Shown: piece by piece, positions 23,305-36,479 of the stretch
Numbering within the stretch: the first letter of the stretch is position 1
Layout of the letters: each line of letters opens with the position of its first letter
Origin: Octopus bimaculoides
Taxonomy: Eukaryota
Length of the DNA stretch: 48,838 nt
Direction: 5' to 3'
Assembly: GCF_001194135.2 (NCBI RefSeq)
Contig: NC_068981.1
Span: forward strand, 77,507,090 to 77,555,927
Made by a program: the position numbers and the translations under genes
Notes under the pieces: generated by a model
The model's input: the letters and a program-made list of their open reading frames with translations, nothing else
What the model was told of the DNA's origin: nothing
The model's database searches: none

Positions 23305-23565
23305 CGGCTTCACATTTAGGCACAAGGCCAGTAATTTTGGGAGAGGAGGTAAATCGATTACATCGATCCCATTGTTCAACTGGTATTTATTTTATCGACC
23401 TCGAAAGCATATAAAGGAAAGTCGACCTCAGCAGAATTAGAACTAAGAACATAAAGACGGGCGATGTGCCGCTAAGCATTTTACCAGCGTTTTACCAGCG
23501 TTTTACCAGCGTTTTGTCAGTGTTTTGCCTGGCGTGCTAACGAATCGGCCAGCTCATGGCCTTAA
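23305..23565 (-). mobile_element. SINE family B (tail Y) with internal 11-bp tandem (TTTTACCAGCG)x3
   Basis: GGCACAAGGCCAGTAATTTTGGG, CTGGTATTTATTTTATCGACC and GTGCTAACGAATCGGCCAGC blocks. Confidence 0.82.
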
Positions 23566-24577
23566 TAGGACTAATAATAATGTTAGAGAATAAGACTTCA
23601 GTAAAGCTTTCACAACACTTTCTTCCCTCTTCTGAAACATGCTCCCTGTTCTACACCGCATCCACCGAATTTTGAAATTGTCACTTTTTATATACTTGCT
23701 CTCTATGTTTATTTATTTATTCGAATTTTCATAAGTGACGTTATCTTCGTGGTAACAACACCAGCGCTGTAAGATTTTAATGTTTTTTGTTTGTTTGTTT
23801 GTTTGTTTTTTTTATTTCAGATCGGAAACAAAAATATGGGAGTGGAATGATATGAAATATATTTATCTGTTTTTATTCGAAATTCTAAGTAGTTCGTGTC
23901 GTACGTGTAATAACTGAGATTATATATTTATGCTATATCTGAATTTACCGCACCATAAAGTCTAGTATATTATGATAGTTATAATATATTTAACGATAAT
24001 ATTCACATTTTCTCATTCCCGCTCTCTCTACTGTATGTGCGCTTGTGTGTGTATGTGCGTGCGTGCGCGGAAAAGTGTATTTGTTGTGAATTACTGCTTT
24101 TATATTACTGAATTATTAAACGAACACGTTTTATATTTCTATATATTAAAGCCATATGTACACCTTGGAGAGAAATATGTTTTCTCTCTAAGTGTCACGC
24201 GTAAGTGCTGTTATTAATTCTTCTTTCAAAGTTGTCAGATGATGCGCAGATATCTGTCTCCATACTTTAAAGAGATCATCAGTCTATTTCTGATAACGTT
24301 GTTAGACGTTCAACTTAACTATTCCTGATAAGCAAACATACGACATCACATAACGTTTAGTATTGAATGTATTAATAATCTGAACAACCAATATAGTTGA
24401 ACTTAAAACTTCTGATGTGTTAGTAATAATACTATATTTAATGTGTTTATTACATTTAATTTTTAAACTATAGGAATTATGAAATTCTCTCCCTTGATTT
24501 TGTTTAAGTTTTTCAAAAGAAAGGAAGAACCTCATTAACACTAATGAACTTTCTTCTCATTTCATTTTTAATTTCAC

Positions 24578-24790
24578 TTATCTTTTATCTTTTACTTATT
24601 TCGATCATTGGAAAGTGACCATACTAGAGCACCGCGTTGTGGAGTTTAACTGAACAGATCGACCTTATTCGACAGGACTCCTTTTGCCGAATAGCTACTT
24701 AAGGGGAACATAAACAAACCAGCATCGTTTGCCAAACACTGGTGGGACAAACACAGACACATACATATGCACACGTACACACACACACAC
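24578..24790 (-). mobile_element. SINE family A, 3' half, degenerate
   Basis: TTTATCTTTTTACTT..GACCATACTAGAGCACCGC...GGGACAAACACAGACAC. Confidence 0.7.
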
Positions 24791-24817
24791 ACACATTATT
24801 TATATATAGAGTTATAC

Positions 24818-24880
<63 letters not shown>

Positions 24881-25442
24881 AAGAGAAGAAAAAGAAAATG
24901 GAAATTGGGAAGATAATAATTGTTTATTATTAACAGTAAATTAATCATCATCCCTTACAGTTGTTTCAGTTGATACTCAGTAAATATTAAGTAAATATTA
25001 AATTTATATGATCTGAGCATAATATCTTCAGAGGGGAAAAAATAAGTCCTTAGATGTTTTATATGTGTTTATGGATTCATGATAGCAGACTGAATGATAC
25101 GGTTTATATGTATTCGGTTAAAAAGTAAAAGTGAAAACAGCAAGAAAGTATGTTTAAATTTCTTTATATTTGTTACATTAATTGATTTTAATAAAATATG
25201 ACCAGCTTCAATGTGTATGTTCATCTTATCAAATTTTTAATGCTTTGATTTTTAAATATTAGAAAACATAGATATATACACATTGAAACCGCTAATATTT
25301 TATAAAAGTCACTTAATGTAAGAAATATTTTTAAAATGTTTAAACATACTTTCGTGTTGTTTCCACTTTTACTGTTCAAGTATAACTTTTGATTTGTATA
25401 GATGCTTAACCCCTTTTCGATTTTGTGTGGGTGGGTGTGTGC

Positions 25443-25570
25443 GGCGGGCTTCTTTCAGTTTCTGTTTACCAAATCCACTCGCAAGGCTTTGTTTGGCCTG
25501 GTGGTACAGTAGAACACGCTTGCCCAGAGTCTCACGCAGTGGATATGAATCATATGGTTGGGAACATTTT
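25443..25570 (-). mobile_element. SINE family A, 5' half
   Basis: GGGCTTCTTTCAGTTTCTGTTTACCAAATCCACTCGCAAGGCTTTG...CTTGCCCAGAGTCTCACGCAGTGG matches 170-290. Confidence 0.75.
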
Positions 25571-26610
25571 GGTACACTACAATATCTTGGATATGAAATC
25601 TTGATAAAGTAGTAATAGTGAAGCTGAAAGACAGACTGAGAAAGCAGAGTGGCTGACAAAAATGAAAATGAGAGCGAGTACGTTCATTTTAAATGCTGAC
25701 GTTGTTAACTTTGTCTTTTATCCTTTAAGATTCTATGAAATAAACGCTTATAATGTAATAATGATTCTACTTGATTAACTATACACGACTCTGATAGAAT
25801 TACTAGAGAATCTGAAAAAAAAATGACCAGAGAATTTGTTTTAATCACTCTAGTTCAATGACAGTAACACCTTTTCTCAAATCATAGTGCTGTTATAAAC
25901 CAGGAACAACACAAAGGACAGTGTAATTCTAGATTTACAAACTACGGGGCGGTTAAGGTTGTAAAGTCTTTTATCATAGATCTATTCGATTAGGGCTGGC
26001 CTGGAGCTAAACAACTTTTTTCTCTCGCGTCCAACAAGTGAGACTATACGCTTCACTGGACCAACCGGGTATAGCATTCAGACCATGCATGAATCTAACG
26101 TTACCGGCAAAAAAAAATTTTTTTCAAATATATATATGATGATGTTACATGGAGTAAATTAAGCCTAAAAACAAAAGATAAATCTACCGTTACCAGAATG
26201 TTATCTAGGGACTAAACAAGATCACTTTGACTCTTATGTCTCTGAGACAGTAAAGGAGACACTTGATGTGACCTAAGTCCTCTTAGATAGACCCTGTGAT
26301 TTCTGCTATAACCGAGCTGATTAAATCCTTCTGTGGGGATTTTGAAGCACTGAAACTGTGCATAAACCTATGATGTTATATTTTGTGTATATCTACAAGC
26401 GGAAAATCTAGACATCGACATGAAAAATCGATAAACCGCAGTTTTCAAACAAAATTAACTTCTGTGTTGTTTTTTCTGTCCAAGGTGTTCTGTTGCACTC
26501 TTTGTCACTCTAACCAATTTAAGCATTGCGAGTATGCGGTTATCCCGTTAGAAATCATTCACCAATTACTCTACGGTTCACAAAATGCGACTAAGAAATA
26601 TATTTCGATA

Positions 26611-27607
26611 GTAATTCGGATCCTTTCCCTTTGGCCGGCACATTTAAAAAGTTTTTTTTTTTTAACTAAACACTTTCAAAATTCGAATACTGGTAGAATG
26701 TGTCACATAAAACATCAGTTATGCATGGCGTTTTTGAGAAAATCGTATATTTTCGAAGTTATTTTGTGTTTAAGTTGTCGTATTTCGGTAATTTCAACCA
26801 ATCAATGACGTCTATTGAGCTGAAAACAATTACTGCTGTTGTTTGTCAACAACAACTTCCGGTGGTGTATATTTCGTTTGTCACTGTTATTTATGACATA
26901 TTTCATCTCAGTTACGTTTGTATGAATAAACAAGTGTATCTGAAGCATGTTTACTTCATGGCACCACAACAATCGTTCGTGCATTTCTAATGCTTTTATT
27001 TATTTTTTTTCCCTGTTTTTCAGCTACTAATTTCGGAAAGACGTTTTTGCACCCCTCCTCTCCAAGTTCTTAATTTTTCACATTTTTCTGTAACTCTAAC
27101 CCTAAAATCCCAACCCTAACCCTAACTCTAACCCCAAAACCCCAATCCTAACCCTAACTCTAAAACCCTAACCCTAATCCTAAAACCCTAACCCTAACCC
27201 TAAAACCCTAACCCCAATTCTAAAACCCTAACCTAACCCTAAAATCCTAACCCTGACCCTAAAACCCTAACCCTAACCCTAAAACTCTAAAGCTAAAACC
27301 AGTACAAACGCACGAACGATGTCATAAATAACAGTGACAAACACAATATACACCGCCGATAGTTATTGTTGACAAACAGCGGCAGTAATTTTATTCAGCA
27401 GAATACATATCATTGATTTGTTGAAATTACCGAAATACGACAACTTTAACACGAAATAACTTTAAAAATATAAACTTTTCTCAACAACACTAAGAGTAAA
27501 AGATGTTTTATATGGCACATTCTACCAGTGTCCGAAGTTTGAAAGTGTTTAGTTACAAAAGATTAATTCCTCGATGTGCCGTTCAAAAGGAAAAGATCCA
27601 GCAATTC
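26611..27607. mobile_element. ~1-kb fold-back element with ~300-bp inverted arms
   Basis: 26611-26922 is the diverged reverse complement of 27303-27607, with an exact 27-bp block at 26772-26798 / 27420-27446. Termini and TSD are not clearly resolved. Confidence 0.85.
27091..27300 (+). repeat. Degenerate telomere-like (CCCTAA)n/(CCCTAAAA)n array
   Basis: About 30 units of CCCTAA mixed with CCCTAAAA, CTCTAA and CCCCAA variants. Confidence 0.92.
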
Positions 27608-28649
27608 AATAATAATATATTATATAAAATATTTAAATAATATTTGAACCCAGAACGTAGAGCATAAATGCGTGATGTATTAGAGTTTCTGCAGCGCAGC
27701 TCCATGTATTAGTAACACTAACTTTAATTTTGGAGAAACAGACAAAAGAAATTTCAGTCGAAAAATTTCTTCCATTGGAATTACAGCAATAACTTTCTAT
27801 TTTATTTGTGTATTTTTTAATATTTTTATTACTTGAAAATTTCATGGCGTTTATCATTGTCAAAATATAATTTGAAATTAAAGAAAAAAATTTTAAATGA
27901 AGTCAAAATGAAATTATAACCAAACAATTAAATTATGATCGGAAATAACCACTTTTGAATCATTGGCTTGTTTATTTACTTGTTTTATAATATTTCATAT
28001 AGTAAAATAAAAAAAAAAGATAATAAAATAGAAAATATCCTTATTAAATTTATTGAGAGAAGATGCAATGGTAATTGTAGTTAATAGCAATATTCTTCAA
28101 AATTCTGAAGACTGACATTGTTACTTCTACTGTACATTTTCGTACCTAATTCTAACAATGAAATAATTATATCTCCCATAATTTTGATGACTACGTTTTC
28201 AAGAAACGGAAGTAAATCTTGTGTTTTAGTCTTTAAGCCTTTCTTTAAAATGATAGGTGATAGAATAATGAACATATATTTTAGTTGTAGACACACTACA
28301 GTTAATAGTTAGTTAACGTAAGATTTGCATTATTGGTTTAGGCCATGGCAAACATAATAGCATCACCTGGAGTCGTCGTTTAAGTCATATTTTAAGACAT
28401 CATAGCCGCCTCGAGTAGTGGATTGTTTGCCGAGAAGCATGTTGGTGCCAGTGGGTTTTGTAGTATTTCTTGGAGGAATTTGTCAATGTTACAGTTCGAA
28501 TGTTGTGATATGTTTTCGAAGTTGTGTTAAATAAGACATGACTAGTTACATATGTGTATATACATATATTTGTGTGTGTACGCGCGCTTATATACATATC
28601 TACACACACTTACACACACACACACACACTTATACATGCATATATATAT

Positions 28650-28696
<47 letters not shown>

Positions 28697-28876
28697 NNNN
28701 NNNNNNNNNNNNNNNNNNNNNNNNNNNNNNNNNNNNNNNNNNNNNNNNNNNNNNNNNNNNNNNNNNNNNNNNNNNNNNNNNNNNNNNNNNNNNNNNNNNN
28801 NNNNNNNNNNNNNNNNNNNNNNNNNNNNNNNNNNNNNNNNNNNNNNNNNNNNNNNNNNNNNNNNNNNNNNNNNNNN

Positions 28877-28930
<54 letters not shown>

Positions 28931-30954
28931 TGTGTGTGTGTGTGTGTGTATGTGTGTGTGTGCTCTAGAGCGGATTGGAACATTCTAGGTGTTTTGTCCT
29001 GGGAAACCCTCCACATACACGTATTGAACAATATATATTTGAAAACAAAAATTTACAACCAACAAGATAACGGCAAAGCCACTAATGGGAAAGGAGCCTT
29101 ACTTCTCTTGACTATTTAATGGGCGAATGTGTTAACCATCAGCTTTCAGTAACGTGCTGACTATGACACATGTTCTTTCATATGTATGTCATATTGTGTC
29201 ACTTCATGTCACAGCATGTCACGCCACGCTATAATATATCACATTAGAATATATATATTATATCATGCTATATTATATTATGCGGTGTTATATTATTGAT
29301 AGACAATTTTATAGGCCTTCGGTTTGATTTTTAAATTGGTATTACGCAAATATTCTTCAAAGTCAGTGAAGAATTTTAACTAAAGTTGTGATATATAACA
29401 TTAAAAAAATTAGTGTCGTTGAAGACAAATCATTATTTAATCAAATCATTCAATTTATTCGCTAATCATTTCGTTGGTTATTGCGTGTCAAGACTCAATT
29501 TAATCACTGCTTGGTTGTCCAGACCAACAAGTTTTTCTCTATATTGAATTACCCATTCTTCAAAATAGAGTCGAAGAGAGCCCAATATATAATTTAGTAG
29601 TAAGATACAAAATCGTATTTTTAGCAGAAGAACAGGGAAAATCCACTTGTTATTTTTAAAGCAAGCAACGTTAGCATGGGTTAGGATTTTGATGTGTCAA
29701 GTCCACCGTGCTGTTTTGACTCTTCACTGAAGTAATTTAACTTCAGAAATTCTGTTAATATGGTTGATAAATATTGAATGTTTTCAGCTTGTAGTTGTTG
29801 TTCCATAATACATGAGAACTTTCTTTACATTGGTAGAACAAAAAATATCAGAACGAAATAATATCCAATGAATAAATCTCTTATCTGTTGATCGATATAC
29901 TCCATATTCCACTTACTTTTCTACTTCCAGCCAACAATGAAGGAATATGTGTGTCCTTTGTTTTGACAGTGCTTAGGTGGTTATGCTATAGAGAAAGTAT
30001 TGGAGCAAGGTAATTTTAGTCAAGAAAAATAGGCAAATTATTTGATGGTAAGGACGCCAACGAAGACATCATTTTCTTTAGTTTTATGTAGTGTAAGGAA
30101 ATGTGTCAGGGCCTACAATCTTCGGAGCGATGCTCTTAACTTAAGTTAAACTTCGAGCTACAAACTAACCGCAAATGCACTGCGCAATATACAATGTATG
30201 GTACCTATATGAAGTTCAGTGACCTTGTGACAATATGGATTAACTGCCTTAGCTGGGCACAATAACGTGTTGGTGACAAATTCACATCACCGAATTTTTA
30301 CAGGGCAATCCTTCAAGGTATCCTATCGATTTTGCTAACCACTCGAAAAAGTATGGCATCTAATTGTTAGTTATTCACCTCATACGAGTCTTGAGCTTGT
30401 TCAACACTAGTCCGATCACAATATTATAAATATATGTAAAACCCTGATTTTACAGAATGATAAGACAAAATCTCTCTTTAGTTCGTACATAATTACAACC
30501 AAGTATTTGAAATTCCCCCGACTTCCATACAGCTATACATAGTGATTACAGATGACATTATACAAAGCTACACTAAAATCTAATTATTCACTATCTTAAG
30601 TATCAAAAAGGCTCGCAACATAACTTCGGTTTACTTCGTGTAAATTGTATTAGAAATAAATCTCTCTTCGGATACGATAACCAGTCTATCATAGGTGAAT
30701 ATTCCCTTCGAGAGTAATATATAATTAGAACTGCAAGCCAATGAAATTCTCATTAATTCCATAGTGTTGCTAATACTTGGAGTTAACATTAATTTGCATG
30801 CCTTCCAGATCAATAAAATATATTCTTGTAACATAATAGAGACCATAAAGTAGCTACCATAATTAAATGTTATAATCTACATACATAGAGTATATACTGG
30901 TACTGTAATATAATACATACTGATAATATATTCACATACATTCACATACACACA

Positions 30955-31043
<89 letters not shown>

Positions 31044-31811
31044 CTGTTTGTATAGTCACGTCAATTGACTATACATTCTACTCAGTCACATTGGCATTCT
31101 GCCTTGTCAAGAGAAATCATTACTAATGTAGAGGTTTTGAGTTCTAATCTACTTGTGACCTTTATTCCTTCCAGATCAATAAATATGTATCAGTAAGATA
31201 TTGGACAGTAGTTTCATTCTATTATACCCGCCTGCTCGCAGATATTATTGGCCTCGTATCAAATCTATGGAAATCAGTTTGCTGCAAATAATGTCAAGTA
31301 GTGTAATTTACTTAACCAATGGTTAGGAATCTAAAAAGATTTGCTCGAAGCTATTTGTTGATAAAAGAGCTTAGTGATTGCTAAAATGATTATCCATTAA
31401 ATTCCTTCTTCAGAAGGCCTTAAAAATAAGCAGATCGTATTGTTATTGTCAAACTCAATAGCGAAAGACCGACAATCCATGATAAACGGTTGCTAGCTTA
31501 AAAATGGATACAGCAGCAGTATTTGTAGAGGAAGAGGTGGAAGGAGGAGAGGAAAGGTGAAGGTTGAGGAAAATAGACAGAGGAGGAGAATGATGGCAGC
31601 ATTGAAGAGAAAGTGGTGAAATTAAAGAAGAAAAGGAAGACGCAGATGAACGAAAGAAAGAAGAAAATGATATAATCAACGAAAAAACGATGGAAAAATG
31701 AAATCGAAGGAAGAATAGAATAATAAGTCTAAAGAATAAAACATATTAAAATATGAAGAAAGAGAAAGTAAAATAAGAATAGAGTAGAGCAAAAATTAAC
31801 GAAACCAAAAG

Positions 31812-32042
31812 GGCGGCGGGCTGGCAGAAACGTTAGCACGCCGGGCGAAATGCTGAGCGGTATTTCGTCTACCATTACGTTTTGAGTTCAAATTGGTTGA
31901 CTTTGCCTTTCATTCTTTCGGGGTCAATTAAATAAATAAATACCAGTTACGAAGTGGGGGTCGATGTAATCGACTTACTCTCTTTGTCTGTCTTTGTCCC
32001 CTCTATGTTTACCCCCCTCCCCGTGGGCAATAAATAAATAAA
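31812..32042 (+). mobile_element. SINE family B, full length, tail type X
   Basis: GGGCGGCGGGCTGGCAGAAACGTTAGCACGCCGGGC head, GAGTTCAAAT, GCCTTTCATTCTTTCGGGGTC core, tail TTTGTCCCCTCTATGTTT...GTGGGCAATAAATAAATAA. Confidence 0.85.
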
Positions 32043-34284
32043 GAGTAAATAGAAGAAATCAGTAAAAAAAATTAATTTAAAAAAATGAAGTAATGATTTC
32101 ATGCCCTAAATTTTGGGGAAAAGAGGGAACAGTCGATTAACTAGACTTCAGTACTTGAATGATACTTTTCTCTTTTTTTTCTGTCAAGCACAGAAACAAA
32201 GTTGACCTTAGTGAGTCAGAATGTAAAAAGTTGGTATTTTGACCGACGCTCTAATCTTTCTACTCCGAAAAAACAAATGTCGAAATAAAGGGGCAATTAA
32301 TATATAAAAAGAAAGAAATAATAAAGTACATACATATTGCAGAAACCACTTTTCGCCGCCTTCGATAAGCAGTCTCAGCACCACATTTTTCAGTAGCAGT
32401 TCAAGCCGCAGTTTTAGTGATAAACGAAACTGAGCATTCATAGTACATACCCGTTACATGAAACTCCTTGTATACTCTCCACACATTAGACTATAATACT
32501 CGTGGAAAGGAAAAACTCTATTAAATCTACCCTCGTATTTTGTCTAGTACTTACTTCAAGTATCATATAGGACAAAGGGTAAAAATCGACCTCGTTAGGA
32601 TGATATTTCAAAACTTAAAGGGATATCATTAAATATTGGGTACAAAGTCATCTACTTTGGAGAAGAGATCATTCGATAATACCGAAATCAAAACGTAGAT
32701 TTTTACAACTGAACACCGCAAGACATTTTCTTAGTTTCTCTACCGATTCCCTCGCAAAAGTAATGTAGTTATCTAATTTTGCCCGGGTTCAAAGACTTTC
32801 TTCAATAGGGCCATAACATGGCTGAAAGGATTTGATAGATTTTTGGTTTTTATTTTATGTCACCCGTGGATAAATGAAAAGGAAACTTATTCTCAGTGAG
32901 AAAAGATTATTTATCTGAATAAGGAGTAAGTGATGCCTAAGGATTTAATTCAAGTCTTACGGCATGTATAACATATATCGGTTGCTTTTGGCTAGATTTA
33001 AGGCTAAAGAATCGATATTTCAGAAGAGAGCAGGGGGTGGGGGTCATCGTCGAGACGTTAATGCCTTTCTCATCCCGTTTATCTCAAACTGTCACGTCTT
33101 GTTCTACAAAAGCATGTCACTTTCGAAACTATTTCTGGGTAACGGCACGACAACCAAAATGTCTTTTAGATTTATATTGGGTAAAGAGAAGTGATTATGG
33201 GGTACTAATATCTTCTCCCAGGAAAACATCGAAAAATAGATAAAAATTAAGAATTATAAGAAAATATAAAACAAAAATATATATTGGAAGAATGAAACAA
33301 AGTTAATTTCTGAAATAGAGAATGAAAATCCAAAATGAAATGAGAGATGGAATGAGTGGAAAATAAGAAAAAGAGCACAAACAATAAACCTGACTGGTGT
33401 AACTTGCTAAGAGACATGGATTATAATGGTAATCACTGTTATAAACTATAATATTTTTCGAACCAACAATAAAACTGAGGCTAGATTTGCCACGAGCATA
33501 TCCCCTTAATGAATAAAGCTGTATTAAGTTACTCTGTTGTAACAAACATAGTTCGAATTCTAGGCGTCTGTATTACAGTGATGCTTTATGAGACGTCTTC
33601 GTTACCATAGAATATAGAATAGTCCTAGTGAATTACTTTAAAATTCTAGCCAGGAGGAAAGGTATGCCTGTAATCTTTTAAAGTGTTTCTTTGACTGGTT
33701 GGAGGGAGGGGGAAGTTATTCTCAAGCAAATGACTTCGCCCAATTGGTAGCAACAGATTACACTCTTTTAAACTCAACGAAGGTACAAAATTCAAATGAT
33801 ATATTTTGCTGTACATTGGTAGGGCTATACTACCAATAAACAAACAGTAGTCGTAGTTTTATTGTTAAATAACGTTTTCAAGTTAAAATTGTTGCAAAAA
33901 CAAATTCAAGAATGTATGTTGAAATAACTAGGAAATACCTGGATTGTAAACTATAAAGCAACGTTCATTATATAACACGTCTCTGCCTTGAAATAACAAT
34001 AAGCTTTAAACCTCAAACTGACAGAAACCAAATTTTAATTAATATGAAGCTACAAGACCAGTTATCAGCAGACTTGGCTCTGCTCTGCACGATACTAGCT
34101 TCTTATATGTCAGTGACGATATTTCAACTGAAAAATAATTTAGATGGTTTATATAGCATAGAAGGTAATGGGGTTTCTACCTATTTATTAGATTAAAAAG
34201 CATTATAATTCACATACCCACGAGAAGACTTAGACTAGCATTGCGTATTGTCAGATAAAATCAACAGCAATAATATAGTATTTT

Positions 34285-34460
34285 GAGAGTGCTCATGACC
34301 GAGTCAAGAAAATAGGAGTCAACGGGCTCACCACTCTGGTTGCTTGATATGCCAGAAATATGAGCCAGATAACCCTAAATCACACTGAAGCATCATAAGG
34401 AGAAGCGGCACAATAAATAATGTAGTTTGGATAAAAAGCTAGATAGATTAAGGACTAATT
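34285..34460 (-). mobile_element. Dispersed repeat family D, degenerate
   Basis: rc reads ATCCAAACTACATTAT...GTGTGATTTAGGGTTATCTGGCTCATATTTCTGGCA, matching other D copies. Confidence 0.45.
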
Positions 34461-34639
34461 ATCAATATCTTGGATCAGCTAGCTATAACATTGTGTTAGT
34501 ACAAAAACAAATAGTTCAATACTATAAAACTGACGTGTGTTTCCTTAGTTTGTGTTGCTAAGTTTGTCTGCACATATATATATATATATTTACTCTCGGA
34601 AAAAAGCAATGTCACTAATACTGAGAATCAAGCACGGGA

Positions 34640-36095
34640 GTAACTGAGAAGGATTGAAAGATCAGGGATTCCAAGAAAATACAGGGCATGGCTCTTCCAA
34701 CAACGATTACTTCCAAGACTCATATGTTTATTGACAACAGATAAGATTCCACTGACAAGTATGAAAAAGGGGGAGAGGATTGTAAACAAATGCTTTCGAA
34801 AGTGGTTAGGTGTCTCCTCGAGCTTCACTTCAATAGGCCTGTACAGAAGATCTGGACAGCTACAACTCCCCCTGTCGTCCGTAGTGGAAGAATTCAAAGT
34901 CGCAAAATATAACGATGTACAGAGACTCGCAGGATAAGCTTGTCAGACAAGCAGCTATTACAACAAGGCCCGTACGAAAGTGGGTTGCTTGCACCACAGT
35001 CACGCAAGCTGAAGGCATGCTGGAGCCACGCATCATCATTAGAGTTATATGCAGAGTTCGACAGTGTCTTGGTTCTTCCTATTTACCACAACGGACGAAG
35101 GTGGACATCAATAAGAGATAGATGATCTAGGAAGAAGTACGGAACGAGAGGAAGAAAGGTCATGAGTTGTGGGTTTGGTGTCTCGGGGTGCATGGACAAA
35201 ATGGGATCTCCCTAAGAGGAAGGTCACATGGGCAGACTTGTGGAGACTGGAATCTTTCCGCATTTCCTTCCTGCAGCCGGCAGTGTATGATACAATCTCA
35301 ACACCAACTAACATGCACATATGAGATTTGAGGGAAGATTAGTTGTGTAGAATTTGTGGAGAAAGAGGCACGCTGGCACACATCTTGTCAGGTTGCAAAA
35401 TATCACTTTCTCAAGAGATGTACAAGTGGCGCCATGAAAGGGTGCTTGGAACATTCGCCCCCACCCTGAAGCAAGATAAGATCAAGAAACATCTGGGGAG
35501 AACAACAGCAGCAATTACGCTCGTCAAATAGGGAAAGAAGCCAGTAAGGACAGCAAAAATGATATATAGCTTACTACATGAATTCCAATTATGGGATATG
35601 AAAGTGAACCTGGAGGAGAGACTGCAGTCTCCCCAGGTCGGCCATACAACCCTGAGGCCAGATGTCTGAAAAGACCAGGAAAATTATTTTTGATTGAGTT
35701 TACAGTCCCGTGGGAAAGAGGGTGTGATCAGGCCCACGAATTGAAGCGTGCTAAGTACGAGAATCTTCTGCATCATTGCAGGGAGAAGAGATGGCAGTTA
35801 TGGCTTTTACAAGCGAAGTTGGCCGTAGGGGATTCCCTGTCCAGTCCATAGGGAGGATGTTTAGCGCCATTGAAATGAGAGAAAAAGGAGCACAGTGTGA
35901 CTGTGCGCAAGATGATAGAAGCAGCTGAATAACCACTTATTGGTTATGAGGCAAGAGGAATTAAGCTGAAAACTAGGCGGAGATGAGGAATAGTGATTTG
36001 GCCACCTCTCACGACCCACCTATGGGAGGGTATTATGGTTCAGCACTGAAACACCCGATGGTAGTTGGACAGTAGATGACATCAGCTCCTGTTGG
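34640..36095 (+). mobile_element. 5'-truncated, decayed HERO-like (RLE-type, R2/NeSL group) non-LTR retrotransposon
   Basis: Fragments KYRAWLFQQRLLPRL, RKWLGVSSSFTSIGLY..LQLPLSSVVEEFKV, CCHC knuckle CRICGERGTLAHILSGC..YKWRHERVL, and RLE motifs LIEFTVPWE and KRAKY. Many frameshifts; a putative 3' UTR follows, then (TACA)n. Confidence 0.88.
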
Positions 36096-36189
36096 AAAAC
36101 GCTCCCTTCACTTAGGAGAGTGGGGAAAAAGCACATGCTTGTAGATATTATCAACCTACATACATACATACATACATACATACATACAT

Positions 36190-36225
<36 letters not shown>

Positions 36226-36479
36226 TCTCTACGTCTGTATAGATGTATGTGTGTGTATATTACTGGATAGATGGATGGATGTGTAAATATGTATGCATTT
36301 ATAGAAACACAAGCGCAAACATACACACGCATTATATACGATTCTTCGGCTCGTAAAAAGCTAATAGATGACCAGCTTTGTCCATTTCACCTCTGAGCCA
36401 CAGATTAACGACCATGTATTTAGCAATATCTCAGACATCGCATACGATACTAACCGCAAGTTGATGAGAAAGTTTCAAC

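Noticed and set aside
23488-23530. Short direct repeats as a CRISPR-like array
   Set aside because: An 11-bp head-to-tail tandem with no spacers, inside a SINE in eukaryotic DNA.
23821-23900. Strong poly-T acceptor followed by a short possible terminal exon
   Set aside because: All frames give short unrecognisable peptides; T-rich acceptor-like strings are common in this composition.
33646-33782. Open frame QEERYACNLLKCFFDWLEGGGSYSQANDFAQLVATDYTLFKLNE as an exon
   Set aside because: Weak donor (GTACAA) and no recognisable family; cannot be supported without RNA-seq.
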